Below, in pieces: positions 11,015 to 22,213 of a stretch of DNA of 64,000 nt. The first letter of the stretch is position 1; every line of letters starts with the position of its first letter. The translations under genes and the position numbers were made by a program. Source of the DNA: an uncultured virus (IMG/VR IMGVR_UViG_3300046808_001087) (lineage: Duplodnaviria; Heunggongvirae; Uroviricota; Caudoviricetes); IMG/VR virus record IMGVR_UViG_3300046808_001087; one strand, given 5' to 3'. Under the pieces are notes generated by a model, which saw only the letters and a program-made list of their open reading frames with translations, did no database searches and was not told the origin of the DNA.

Positions 11015-12719
11015 CTATAAGTGGTTTCACTGGAACATCTGTTCCTTGTACTGTATCGTTTATGTTAAACCCTTTGTCGTCGGGTGTTAATCTAAATATC
11101 GTATTTTTGAAAGGGTAGTGTGCTTGGTTGAAAAAAGGATAATCAACCCCTCTACCTTCTTGGTCAAAAAATCCGTAAGTGTAGATATCTCTCCATCTGA
11201 ATTCTTGGTCTGTATTCGAATAAAAAGCATATGTGGGAACATTATCTACTTCGTCAACTTTGGCAGTTTCTATGTAATCAGAAAAAACTCGTAATGTAAT
11301 TTGTGTGTGAGGATTATAATAATAACCAGCCGTATTTGGACTTGGGGAAGAAACAGTTTGAAAAACATCTTGGTTGTATCTTATTTTATGATAATATGGC
11401 GACACAACTCTTTCTGTTTGCTCATAATCATTCCATTCACAAAAATCACCGTCTATGATATCATCAATTTTAAGGGTTTGGTTATAATAAAATGTTTTGG
11501 TTGCACCATTTGTCTGTGTATAAGAATTTACTCCTATGTTCGAATTTGAAAGTATGTTATCATCACTCCACCACGAGTTATTAAATTTTGTTATGTTAAA
11601 TAACCAACCTTGCTTCAATCCAACTCCATTTGTAGGTTTATTGAAGTATCCAGAGTATCCTCGATTTATAATCGTAAGAAACAGTTCAGTTACTGGCCTT
11701 TTTTGGTTGTCAATTAATTTACCTAAATCAATATCTCTTTTTGGTGTTAAAGTATAAACATTTGAACTTGTTTTTTGTGAAATTCTAGTTACCTGATTTG
11801 GTGTTATAGAACTCAATTCTAATTTTCTTTCTTCACCGAAAGGTAGTTTTTCGAAACCAGTCTTTGTTATTACAATATTGTCAACATCCTGTAATATCTT
11901 GTGTTTTCTAACATAATATTTGGATTTTGTTTCTATAGAGTTTTCAAAATTAATAACCCTTTTGAATGTCCCTTTAACATTATTATTTAAACTTGTACCC
12001 GTAAATCCTATGTCGTAGATATTGAATATGTATAACTCACTATCAAAAAGTCCGTTACCTAAAGAATAGACTTCAAATAGTGTTTCTTGTCTATAATTGT
12101 ATACAGAATCATTGATAATTAATTCTACTGACTCTCCAACTGTAAGTCCGTGAGGACAAATACATTCAAAAGAAATAATTCCATTTCCGTTTTGAGTGCT
12201 TCTCTTAATTACAAAAGGTATACCTTGTTCCGCAATCCAATTAAATGAATTGTTGTTTAATACTGCAAACATTTGTTTTTTATAATCATTCTCGAATGCG
12301 TAAGATATGTTGTATGTCCAATTATACGTATAAGCACTTTTTGCATAGTAGTCTATGTGTCTATCAGCAACATCATTTCTGAAAAAGTCAAACTCATAAT
12401 GTTGTGGATACCCTTTCCATACGTTGTTGAACAAAGAACTTTCAGGATTAACATAAAATAAATTATACTGAAACGGCAAATAATTTGTTGTTCCAGTAAA
12501 AACATTGGAATATAAGTAGCTTACTTTAAATGTAGGTCTGAATACTGTTGATTTTTGCCTTTCATCATCGAAAACTTGAGCCAAACTCACATTCGTACTT
12601 CTATCATACTCGACTAAGTTTTGACTTTGTTCTTCGAGAACAATAGACAATTGTTGGTCATCCGCAGGTGCAGATTTATATTGTTGTACACTTGGTATGA
12701 TACTATAAAGGTTACTCAT
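11001..12719 (-). CDS. Hypothetical protein, probably structural
   Basis: 572 aa; overlaps both neighbours. Confidence 0.6.
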   Translation of the reverse strand: MSNLYSIIPSVQQYKSAPADDQQLSIVLEEQSQNLVEYDRSTNVSLAQVFDDERQKSTVFRPTFKVSYLYSNVFTGTTNYLPFQYNLFYVNPESSLFNNVWKGYPQHYEFDFFRNDVADRHIDYYAKSAYTYNWTYNISYAFENDYKKQMFAVLNNNSFNWIAEQGIPFVIKRSTQNGNGIISFECICPHGLTVGESVELIINDSVYNYRQETLFEVYSLGNGLFDSELYIFNIYDIGFTGTSLNNNVKGTFKRVINFENSIETKSKYYVRKHKILQDVDNIVITKTGFEKLPFGEERKLELSSITPNQVTRISQKTSSNVYTLTPKRDIDLGKLIDNQKRPVTELFLTIINRGYSGYFNKPTNGVGLKQGWLFNITKFNNSWWSDDNILSNSNIGVNSYTQTNGATKTFYYNQTLKIDDIIDGDFCEWNDYEQTERVVSPYYHKIRYNQDVFQTVSSPSPNTAGYYYNPHTQITLRVFSDYIETAKVDEVDNVPTYAFYSNTDQEFRWRDIYTYGFFDQEGRGVDYPFFNQAHYPFKNTIFRLTPDDKGFNINDTVQGTDVPVKPLIDGCE

Positions 12720-15700
12720 CTAAAGCATACTTAGTTTTAAATTTATCAAGAGCCGTCGCTCCTTGAATCAGTCCGAAATAAAAATGGAAAGGCGCTCCAA
12801 CTAAAAACGTATTGTTTTCGGTACTTCTTACTCTATCGTATACACTACCAGCAACCAATGTAGAATCTCCTTGGACTTTGAAGATGTACCCACGTTTGTT
12901 TAGGTCATTAACAATTCCTTGCCCTTGATAATAGGTTGATGTTGTTCTGTCCAACGATTGATATCTTGATTGTCCAATTTGAGATTGGCTAGTTGCCCAG
13001 TTATTCAATTCTGTACCAAATATTGTTGATGAATTTTTCAATTCCCACTTATAGTAAGGTACTTCTTGTGATTTTATCCCATAACTATATGGTGTAAAAT
13101 TAGATGTTGGTGTTGACCTGAAATCGATTCTACCTGGTGATAGAAAATCTTTGAACTGTAAATTTTGTGTTGTCGACGAAAAGAAAACTCCAATTGTAGG
13201 ATTGCCCGAAATTGGGTTATCAATGATAACTGGGTCGTCCTGTGAGCCAGTTAAAAAATAATATTCGGGTGAAAACTTAATGACTCCTTCCTCCGAATTT
13301 ATTGACATTAGTTGTGCCAAATCACCATCTATTCTTCTTTCAGGTCTGGTAAATAGTTGATTCATGTTGTTATCAGGGTCAAGGCCACCAACTAATCTTC
13401 GAATAAAATTTTCATCTGTGATTCTCGAAATAACAAATAAATTAATCAAGTCAGATGTGTCTGAGTAACTTGTTGGATTTAGTTCGTTCATAACGTATCC
13501 TCTCGTTGTGGGGTCAAAAGATATTTCCGAATAAAAAGAATCTTTCCACCCTAAATTCATAATAGTGGTTGGATACTGTAAGAGTCTTTCGTTCACAGGG
13601 TCTTGTAAACCAAACACACTTTTACCCACAAATTCGTTTGATGTATTATTATAAGGACTACTTCTGTAATAAAAATTATTAGTCTTTGAGTCAAAATATA
13701 TCGTGTCTTTACAAAAGACAGGTGTTGATGGTTTATTTTGCCTATCATAAAAAACATCGACTTGGATAGGGTACGCATATAATGCTCCGTTAACCCAGTT
13801 GTTTACAAACGTTTGGGATAACACACCTCTACATAATCCATAGAAGAACCTAAACCTATACCCCCACTCACTCCAAGTTCTTAAATCTTTACCACTGAAT
13901 AAATCGGTCAATGGTTTTTTCATGATTACATAACAACCGTTCTCAACAGAGTCTTGTTCTTCACAACCTGTTTTAACACCGAAAGTTGTACTGTTTCCAC
14001 TATAACATCCTAAACTAACCATGTTTTCACAACTAAAAGTATCGAAAACATTCTGTGACGCAGTTTGGCCGAATATATCTGCACCAACTATTGTTGCGCC
14101 AGGGCCATATCCTCTTGTACTTAAGTTATCCTCATCTGTATTAATTTCATATATGGAAAATCCAATGTTTTGTTGTAACAAACTCGGATTGTATTCCCAA
14201 CTACTACCATCTAAATAGTCGGATGATGGTAACCTATCAGTTCTCATTACGTTTGTTATTTTAGAACTAATGCTCATTGGGTTGGCCGTTAGGCTAGGTA
14301 ATAGAGAAGAAGTGAAATAAGAAATTGTTGTGTTACTCGGGCTATCTCCCGCAACAACATAGTAATACGCACCTCCTGATAAGTCTTCGGATAATCCATA
14401 GGTTGCAGGGCTATTTTGAATATTGTACGCGGCATTAGCCGAAGATGAAATAACCTCTGTCACGGAATTTCTGTTCACTCTATTCCATATTGCCGGATAT
14501 CCTGCAGGGTATGTCTTTGTAGAATCTAACGCACTATAGTATCCTACTGTACTTGTTGTGAAACTAGAAAAGCCATCACCACCTCTAAAGAAATGTGATG
14601 GATAAAATATATTAGATTGATTATTAAATAATTGTACTGATGCCGAATTTGTTGGTAGTTTTTGAATTGGAATGTTCAATCTAGTTTGACCAGTAACAAC
14701 AATAGCATCTTCTGTAGGGTATCCAAATATTTTACCCAATCCGTACTTGTTAGTGTACTTAGGAGAATATGGGTCTACTCCTCTTTGTAAAATTAATATA
14801 TATTGACTATCGAATGAATCAAAAAGGTCCCTAAACCTGTAGGGAGGAAATGCCGGTTGGCTTTGCCAAAACCTTAATCCCGCAAAACCTTTAACATTTT
14901 CATTTGCCTGTACAACAATTGTAGAATTTAAAATATCGGGAAGATAAGAATTGTTGGTCTCTTGCCAAATTTTTGATGCGTCAGAAATTGTTATTGCTGT
15001 AATAACTTGATAATACTCAACGTCTGATGGAAATTTATAGTTATTAATTGTAGACCCTGTATTCAAATTATATGTTACAATTCCATTAGTTGTTTGAGAT
15101 ATTGCATATTCTACATTATAGGTTGAATTTCCTGGATTGAGTGGAGTACCTCTAATTCCGCTGATTGTGTTATTTGTTGTTGAATCCCCCGTATATTTGT
15201 AATTTACATCATTAGTCAATAAAGGGTCAACAAAGGTCAGTAATGTTCCAGATTCAATAGGACTTTGTGTTATTATGGTGATTGTATTGTCGAAGTGATT
15301 AGTGGAGTTATTTGGTGCGTCAAAGGTTACTTTGATTTTATTTATTCCTTCAAAATAACTTTTTCTCAAGTTAAAGATGTTAATTCTTTCAGGAAGTGGT
15401 AAGTTGTTTGAATAGTAGAAAAAATCATTAAGAGATGAAGTATATATCAACTTTTCACTTTTCATCGTCTTATAAATGGTCAGATTATTTTCACTATCTA
15501 AATTTGTTGCAATAACTTGTGAAAATGCTGTAGCGGCTATTTGTTTTTCATCTACATCAGTTCTCTGATTTATTATTGTATTTTCTTCTACGTTACCAAA
15601 ATATTGTGCAAAATCCGCGAATAATGTAATTAAACTATCGTTTGTACCACCGATTCCTGACTGAGAGTCAGAACCTGAACACCTACATGTTTGACAATCA

Positions 15701-17673
15701 GGGTATGTTATACTACTAAGTTTTATTGGAGGGAACGGTCTTAGTTTAACACGACTCGTGAGTACTTTCCATCCAATCAAAAAAAGAAACCATTTGCCCG
15801 AACTTACTAAGTCTTTGTTAGCTTGCACTAAAGTGGCACTTGCGTCTATTTGCATAAAAACACATACCGGTGTAAATATTCCAAGTGCGGCCACATTAGC
15901 AGCATAACAAGCTGCGGTTGATGCTTGTTTGGTACCATAAAGAACATATCCTTTGATTGCCTTTACAAGATACCACGTAGCCTGAAATGCGAAGAAAACA
16001 CTAACCAGTGGTTTTAAAGGTACCAATATATTGTTCCAAATGAATGCAATAAAATGTAATACGATAATGATTGGTACACCAATTAATTGTATAATTTGTA
16101 AAAGTATTGACACGATAAAGAATATCATGTCAAAGTTTCTAACACCGTCGTTAACAGGGAATTTATTAACAGTAGACGAACATTCATTATCGTCGATTTC
16201 TTTTATACCTATAAATCTGCCTCGATTATTACCATTTTTATATTGGTCTATCAATCCCGAAACAGTGTAAACTCGATTGAATCCGAATGAATAAAAAGTA
16301 TCTTCACAATTTACTATCTCATCTATTTTTGTATTTTGGTCAACAATAGTCGTCAGACCATCAGTATACCCACTCCAATCTAAACCGAAATAGTACGAGC
16401 TGGCCAACTGTCTCCCTTGAATTGAAGTTGTGGACCCATAATTAGGGTCTGCGCTGGATGTCCATCCAAATTCTCTAACATTCGGAACTAAAAAATATGC
16501 CCTTCTAGTTTGTTGTGTCAAGTCTTTGGATTGTTGCCATTTTATTTTGAATCTATAGTTACCTTTAGTTGGTATCCCTATACTTGAATCCAACGATACA
16601 ACCCTCTCTCCGAACTCATTAGTGATTATATATTCTAAATTCATAGGAACCTCTACCAACCAAGTACCATTCTCATCAATTACATTTCCAGATTGTTCTA
16701 ACTCATATTGTTCCAAGATTGGGTTTCCACTTTCATCTTGATTAATTGTTTGTCTAATTGCCAAGATTTGACCAGGTCCTGCCACTAAGTCACATAAATT
16801 CCCCATATTATCCCTTGGCTTACAACCTGAGGAAATCCTTATTCCTGCAAAATATTGTTCTCCCCTAAGTCTCATGTTATCTGTAGTTGAAAACATGGAC
16901 CCCATGAAAACCGCCGTGGGTTGTATGTCAACATTAGCTTCGTCTCTCAAATCAAAATCTACTCTATTGATTGCTATTTGACATATTTCAGGTTCTCCCC
17001 ATAAAGGAGATATTTCCACAGTCTTTGTAATATTAATAATTTGTGGTAGTGATTCTAAATCTTCAGAACTTCTGAATTGGTTACCGGCTACTTGTGATTC
17101 TGTTGCCAATCCCATTCTTATCAAATCCTGAGGAGTTAAAGAAAACTCACCAATATCAGAAAGGTCTACGTCCATTACAAGAGTTTGGAAACCTAATGGT
17201 ACTCCCATTATCATGTAGTCACCACTGTCGTTAGTTCTAACAGTAAACTTATAATATTTGTCAACCAGCTCTATAACCGTAGAATCAGTTAAAGCATCTA
17301 ATCTTGTTGGAAATGTTCCTGTTGCCGCGTGCTTGGTATATGATTTTTCATAAGGTAGTAAATTGTACCTATATCCATCATCATTTTTATCCGTTGGTGC
17401 GGTATATGGGTAAACACTTGTAATGAGAGGATTATTCAAGTCTTCATCCTGTATCGGTATAAAAACTGATATTTTTGCATTAGGGATTCCGAAACCGTTG
17501 TTAGCAGTAACTCTACCAACTACCACGCCATAATCAGCACACGAACGTGTATAGATATCTGCTTGTAAAATTTTCAAAGATAAAATCTCTAAAAATTCAT
17601 ATTCTTGGTCGAGTGGTACGTTTATTGTTTGATTTATTCCAAGCTTACTTCTAATTCTCAGGCTTTGACCCAT
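12712..17673 (-). CDS. Large structural protein with N-terminal carboxypeptidase-regulatory/transthyretin-like domain and internal hydrophobic segments
   Basis: 1653 aa; VVVGRVTANNGFGIPNAKISVF...TNDSGDYMIMGVPLG; long hydrophobic stretch near aa 515-640. Confidence 0.6.
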   Translation of the reverse strand: MGQSLRIRSKLGINQTINVPLDQEYEFLEILSLKILQADIYTRSCADYGVVVGRVTANNGFGIPNAKISVFIPIQDEDLNNPLITSVYPYTAPTDKNDDGYRYNLLPYEKSYTKHAATGTFPTRLDALTDSTVIELVDKYYKFTVRTNDSGDYMIMGVPLGFQTLVMDVDLSDIGEFSLTPQDLIRMGLATESQVAGNQFRSSEDLESLPQIINITKTVEISPLWGEPEICQIAINRVDFDLRDEANVDIQPTAVFMGSMFSTTDNMRLRGEQYFAGIRISSGCKPRDNMGNLCDLVAGPGQILAIRQTINQDESGNPILEQYELEQSGNVIDENGTWLVEVPMNLEYIITNEFGERVVSLDSSIGIPTKGNYRFKIKWQQSKDLTQQTRRAYFLVPNVREFGWTSSADPNYGSTTSIQGRQLASSYYFGLDWSGYTDGLTTIVDQNTKIDEIVNCEDTFYSFGFNRVYTVSGLIDQYKNGNNRGRFIGIKEIDDNECSSTVNKFPVNDGVRNFDMIFFIVSILLQIIQLIGVPIIIVLHFIAFIWNNILVPLKPLVSVFFAFQATWYLVKAIKGYVLYGTKQASTAACYAANVAALGIFTPVCVFMQIDASATLVQANKDLVSSGKWFLFLIGWKVLTSRVKLRPFPPIKLSSITYPDCQTCRCSGSDSQSGIGGTNDSLITLFADFAQYFGNVEENTIINQRTDVDEKQIAATAFSQVIATNLDSENNLTIYKTMKSEKLIYTSSLNDFFYYSNNLPLPERINIFNLRKSYFEGINKIKVTFDAPNNSTNHFDNTITIITQSPIESGTLLTFVDPLLTNDVNYKYTGDSTTNNTISGIRGTPLNPGNSTYNVEYAISQTTNGIVTYNLNTGSTINNYKFPSDVEYYQVITAITISDASKIWQETNNSYLPDILNSTIVVQANENVKGFAGLRFWQSQPAFPPYRFRDLFDSFDSQYILILQRGVDPYSPKYTNKYGLGKIFGYPTEDAIVVTGQTRLNIPIQKLPTNSASVQLFNNQSNIFYPSHFFRGGDGFSSFTTSTVGYYSALDSTKTYPAGYPAIWNRVNRNSVTEVISSSANAAYNIQNSPATYGLSEDLSGGAYYYVVAGDSPSNTTISYFTSSLLPSLTANPMSISSKITNVMRTDRLPSSDYLDGSSWEYNPSLLQQNIGFSIYEINTDEDNLSTRGYGPGATIVGADIFGQTASQNVFDTFSCENMVSLGCYSGNSTTFGVKTGCEEQDSVENGCYVIMKKPLTDLFSGKDLRTWSEWGYRFRFFYGLCRGVLSQTFVNNWVNGALYAYPIQVDVFYDRQNKPSTPVFCKDTIYFDSKTNNFYYRSSPYNNTSNEFVGKSVFGLQDPVNERLLQYPTTIMNLGWKDSFYSEISFDPTTRGYVMNELNPTSYSDTSDLINLFVISRITDENFIRRLVGGLDPDNNMNQLFTRPERRIDGDLAQLMSINSEEGVIKFSPEYYFLTGSQDDPVIIDNPISGNPTIGVFFSSTTQNLQFKDFLSPGRIDFRSTPTSNFTPYSYGIKSQEVPYYKWELKNSSTIFGTELNNWATSQSQIGQSRYQSLDRTTSTYYQGQGIVNDLNKRGYIFKVQGDSTLVAGSVYDRVRSTENNTFLVGAPFHFYFGLIQGATALDKFKTKYALDE

Positions 17674-17754
17674 GTAGTCTTTAATCTATAAATAGTTTAG
17701 GGCAAATTTTTACCCACATCAAAAATTAGGACTTTATTGAAATAAATAAACGGA

Positions 17755-19571
17755 TTAAGATAATGTAGTTGTTTGATAGTTCTTCACACTAACTTTGATA
17801 TCTTTTGTTGGAAATCTTACCTGATAAACTTGATTTGGTTCTGCAAAAAGTGTGTCGTCAACAGGTTGGATTTTTCTTGTTTCTTCATCCGCATAAAACA
17901 TAGATGTTTGTGATGATGAATATTGTCCTCCGACTAAATTAAAAAAGTCGATTGATGTTACATTTAAAACACCTGTTTGATTTTGAATAATACTTTTTAA
18001 CTCAGAAATATTGACGTTTTGACCAAGTTCTCTGAATTGTGGATTGAAATAATTCGAGATTCTACTTATAACGTCTGTTATTATTTGTCCCGAATTTTGT
18101 GCGGAGGTCAGTACAACAGAAACTTCAACACCCAAGTCAATTACTTCTGCCGTCAATACTGAAATATAATCATTCAACATTCTATAGTTTGATAAGTATG
18201 TTGCAATATTTTGTCTTAGTGTATTTGACACGACGCTAGTTAGTTTACCCTGTGTATCGTATGATAATATTTGTACTTTGATTTTATTATCGTTCTCAGT
18301 AATAGCAACTTTTGCAGGTGCACCAAATTCTGAAGGCATGTTTCTAATTATTGCCTCATAGTCATTGATAGTCACCGCTCTTTTCTGTGCCGAGAAATTG
18401 AATGAAACAAAGTTTCTAACTTCTTCTATATTAGGTTGGTTTGCACCTCCTATCGCGGCAGTAACATTATTACATCTTAGAGAATTTACCACAGATTGAT
18501 TTGTTACTTCTGAAGGACCATTAACAAAAAATGAAACGGTTCCGACTTGATTAATAACGTTTGTACCTAAATTTGTAGCTAATCCACCTCCAACCCTATA
18601 TTGAACGAACAAAGTGGAGTTAGGTACCAAAGCCGAACCCAAAGAAAAATTATTTAAATAATTCTGAATATTCAAAGGTCCTCCCAAGTTGGTGAACAAA
18701 TTAAGTTGTTCTTGTGCGGAAGTTGTTCCTCCACCAAAAGTCATTTTTTTGAACCCTTCTGGTGTATATTCGGAAATAAATCTATTACTAGTTTGAATGT
18801 ACCTTCCAACTTTTATACCAGGTTGGTCGGCAACTTTCGTTGGGTCTTCTATAAAAATTCTATCTTCAGCTAATGCGTCTACTTCAAACCATCTGTTGGC
18901 CAGTCCAACAAATTCTGATGCAGGAGGTATATTTGTATAATCCGTACCATTCTTCAAAAGAACACTTGTTATACCCAAAACATTTTTTTCAGGTAAGAAC
19001 AATTCAAAAAATGGTCTTACGTCATTTGGTGAAATTACTCTTTTGAATACTTTCGTGATACCATTGACAACCAATTCTCTTTTTGTAATTGTATAATTTA
19101 ATAATACACCGTTAGAATTAAAGTTTGGTATTTTAAGTCTATTAGGAAACCCTTGTGAATTATAAGGTGATGTAAAATCGATATCATAAATGTTTTCGAA
19201 AACTATTCCCGCCCCACTAACTTGTGAACCTCTTATCAAAGTACCAAGATATCTTTCATCTTCTTTATCACCAAAAGCTGGGACTGTAATTGAAAAATCA
19301 ACCAAAGAAACTGAAGGTCTCTGTCCTGGAATTTTTAAACCATAAGTTCTGGCAATATTATATATTGTAATACTGTCTCTTGTATACTTCTATCAATATG
19401 ATAATGTAAATTATCGGCTACGGCAGCATTTAAATCCAAAAATACAGAAAAGACTGATGCATCATTAAAATCTTGAATAAGTTCAGGATAATAAGTTTTT
19501 ACATAATTGAGTAGTTCTGCTCTAATTCCTTGATAGTCTCTGACTGTATATGATATTTTATTGTTAGCCAT
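17755..19571 (-). pseudogene. Baseplate wedge protein (T4 gp6/baseplate J-like) split by a frameshift near 19360-19370
   Basis: ORF 19335..19571 (RDYQGIRAEL...ETVLQY) continues in the -1 frame as IYNIARTYGLKIPGQRPSVSLVDFS into ORF 17755..19305, which has YRVGGG and AQKRAVTINDY gp6-type motifs. Confidence 0.8.
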
Positions 19572-19577
19572 ATTGTA

Positions 19578-20048
19578 TTAAATATTAATAATAACAAAAT
19601 CACTTTGCGAAAAGGTTAGATTATTGATAGAATAATCTATTCTAACTTTTGCAGTGTATTCGTATGTGTTTTTACCAGGCACTCTATAAATGTCGTAGGT
19701 TCTAACATTTCCTATAGTTCCAGTGGTGGTTCCGTCGAATTCGTCTTCGGGTGTTATTGGTTCGATTGATATATTATTTACTATCAGATTGGGCATATAC
19801 CTATTTATAGAATCCCTTATGTCCGATTCTATTGCATTGAATGTCAATCCATCGAACGGTTCAAATATATAATCGTAAAGTTTTGTACCGAAGTCTGGCA
19901 AAAAATATCTTGTACCCTTTCTTGTTAATAATAAATGTATTAAATCGGACCTTATTTCTTGTTGTTCAAATTCCGTAAGTGCTAAGTAGTCACCCTTTCT
20001 CGAATCTTGGAACGGAAAAAATAAACCATATGTTGTGCCGTCTGCCAT
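19578..20048 (-). CDS. Baseplate gp25/GPW-like protein
   Basis: IRSDLIHLLLTRKGTRYFLPDFGTKLYDYIFEP gp25 signature. Confidence 0.9.
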   Translation of the reverse strand: MADGTTYGLFFPFQDSRKGDYLALTEFEQQEIRSDLIHLLLTRKGTRYFLPDFGTKLYDYIFEPFDGLTFNAIESDIRDSINRYMPNLIVNNISIEPITPEDEFDGTTTGTIGNVRTYDIYRVPGKNTYEYTAKVRIDYSINNLTFSQSDFVIINI

Positions 20049-20068
20049 ATTAAATAAATATACGCAGA

Positions 20069-20266
20069 CTATTTTTCAACTAAAGTGGTATTTCCTTTGA
20101 CTCCTTTTGGTTCATACGGACAATGTCGACATCCATTTACTGACCCGCAACAATAACCTCTATCTTTATGATAGTCTTCAGTGAAGACAATACTTCTACC
20201 CTCGATGTAATAATAAGAAGGGAGAAGTTTATTCTTCTCCCTTTCCTTCTTTTCTGTATTTTCCAT
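20069..20266 (-). CDS. Small Cys-rich protein (DUF5522-like)
   Basis: VFTEDYHKDRGYCCGSVNGCRHCPY; starts 3 nt after the nrdJ stop. Confidence 0.75.
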   Translation of the reverse strand: MENTEKKEREKNKLLPSYYYIEGRSIVFTEDYHKDRGYCCGSVNGCRHCPYEPKGVKGNTTLVEK

Positions 20267-20269
20267 AGG

Positions 20270-22132
20270 TCATACTAGTGTTACTTCACATGCACCACCG
20301 GCACATGCCACTTCTCCGCTCAAATCTGTATCATCATCCATTTCAACAATGTTAGACAAATCAACTTCATGTAATGTTTCCATCAATTCATCATATCTTT
20401 CTTTGGTACAATCTTCAAATGGTGCTTGAATATAAGTACCTCCGTCATATGGTAAAACTGATAATCCATTATAGTGGTCTCTATTTTCCCACATCCACTC
20501 ACCAACTGCCGGCCACTCGTGTTCTCTTATAGAAACAGTGGCAGATACGTTATGAGAATTATTTCCTGTTCTGTGACCTGGCTTAATCCATTCCATATGA
20601 ACTTTTTTAACTCTCTCAAGAAGTTGAATTGGTGACTCATTTCTCAAGATAGACCCTTCTGGCGATTTTTGTGGGATACCAATAACCGCTGTGTCATGTG
20701 GTCTGAAATACTCGTCTTCGACAAGTTCAGGATGGTTTTCTTTCAAGTAACTATATATCGCTTCGTTTTTACCAACCCTTACTCTTCTAACATAATATTC
20801 ATTATGCCAAGCGTGAATTCCTGATGATGTACCGAGAGTTAATGATGTTGTTCCCGCAGGTTTAACTGTAGTTGCTCTTGCCGCAGGATTGATATTCAAT
20901 AACTCAGCAACTCTTTTGTTTTCTTCTTTAACAACTTTTGCAGCCGATTTCATATCCAATTTCAAAACAGCCCCTGAACCGATACCTGTCATGGAAATTC
21001 CAATCAATGCATCTTTTTCAGTTGTTCTTTGCCATATTGGTCTAAGATAATGGAAGTTAGTATATCCTGCCTGTAAAGTTCCAAGGAACGATGCCGCCCT
21101 AACTCTGTCTTCGTAATCTTCTTGGGATACTACATTTGATACATTCACCTCTGTAAGATTACAGAATTGGAATGGTCTTAGTGCAATTTCACAACAAGGG
21201 TTAGTTCCCCAATCTTTGTCATTAGTTAAGTAAATACCGGGTTCACCAGCTCCGCTAGCTTCAATTCTCTTCCAAAGGTCCATGAAGTAGTCTTTTGTAA
21301 TTTTGTGTCGGAGCAACACAGCTGAGTTATTAGACCTGCCCCTCTGTGGGTTTGTTTCCCACCAAGCACCTGACTTGCAACCAATCATTTCATCATCTGT
21401 TGCTGAGAACAACGAGATAAGTGCCGCTCTTCTAATACCACCAGCCAATACTGCATCTGCAATATGACATACCATATCATGAACTTCAATTGGTTTCAAC
21501 TTCTCACCATTTTCTTTTGAATCAAGAATACCTTCAAGTTTAATAAGACACTCTTTAAGTGGTTGAGGACCAGGCGCCTTTCCACCTGATGTTACCAATC
21601 TTGCACCTTTAGCTCTAATATCACTAAAATCAAATTCAATATGTGAACCACCAAAGAAATATGATTTAACAATAGCCTTAACAGCATCCGCCCATCCTTC
21701 GATAGAATCCGCAACCAACCATCTTCTTGACCTTTCTTTGTTTGGTTTTTGAATTTCAGGTAGTGCATCAACGTGATGTTTTTGAACCGAATACCCAACA
21801 CCTGTTCCACCCAACAACAAGAACATGATTTCAGAGAACACTCTCCAATCATCAATCGGTGCAAATGCACAATTGTAAATCCTGTTTGGCGAAATCTCAA
21901 TGGGTTTTCCTGCAAATTGCATTGACCTCATTGATGGAAGAACTTGTTTTTTGAAAACATACATGTAGTTCTCTCTAATCTCTTTTTCAAGTTGTGGATA
22001 ATGTTTGATATGCATCTCCATGTTTCTTGTGACCAACTCTTGCCACGTCTCTCTTCTCTTTAGTTCAGGGATATACTTTGCGTATTTCATATACACAGTA
22101 ATATCCGACAAAATTCTGTTCGAAATTTCCAT
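20270..22132 (-). CDS. nrdJ: Class II (adenosylcobalamin-dependent) ribonucleotide reductase, monomeric type
   Basis: RRETWQE, LPSMR, YNCAF, GTGVG, TNPCCEI, TVKPAGT and C-terminal ACAGGAC; start moved to MEISNRILSD at 22132. Confidence 0.92.
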   Translation of the reverse strand: MEISNRILSDITVYMKYAKYIPELKRRETWQELVTRNMEMHIKHYPQLEKEIRENYMYVFKKQVLPSMRSMQFAGKPIEISPNRIYNCAFAPIDDWRVFSEIMFLLLGGTGVGYSVQKHHVDALPEIQKPNKERSRRWLVADSIEGWADAVKAIVKSYFFGGSHIEFDFSDIRAKGARLVTSGGKAPGPQPLKECLIKLEGILDSKENGEKLKPIEVHDMVCHIADAVLAGGIRRAALISLFSATDDEMIGCKSGAWWETNPQRGRSNNSAVLLRHKITKDYFMDLWKRIEASGAGEPGIYLTNDKDWGTNPCCEIALRPFQFCNLTEVNVSNVVSQEDYEDRVRAASFLGTLQAGYTNFHYLRPIWQRTTEKDALIGISMTGIGSGAVLKLDMKSAAKVVKEENKRVAELLNINPAARATTVKPAGTTSLTLGTSSGIHAWHNEYYVRRVRVGKNEAIYSYLKENHPELVEDEYFRPHDTAVIGIPQKSPEGSILRNESPIQLLERVKKVHMEWIKPGHRTGNNSHNVSATVSIREHEWPAVGEWMWENRDHYNGLSVLPYDGGTYIQAPFEDCTKERYDELMETLHEVDLSNIVEMDDDTDLSGEVACAGGACEVTLV

Positions 22133-22194
22133 TTGTTTTTTTTTATACTGTTGTTTTTTTATTAAAAAATCGACGATTTTAGATATAAATATAA

Positions 22195-22213
22195 GGTCGC
22201 ACGATATGCGACC
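22195..22213 (-). terminator. Hairpin between helicase and nrdJ
   Basis: ggtcgca-cgata-tgcgacc perfect 7-bp stem followed by ttatattt on the minus strand. Confidence 0.55.

Noticed and set aside
19335..19375. Programmed -1 frameshift in the gp6-like gene
   Set aside because: No slippery heptamer, and conserved residues appear to be missing, which fits a deletion
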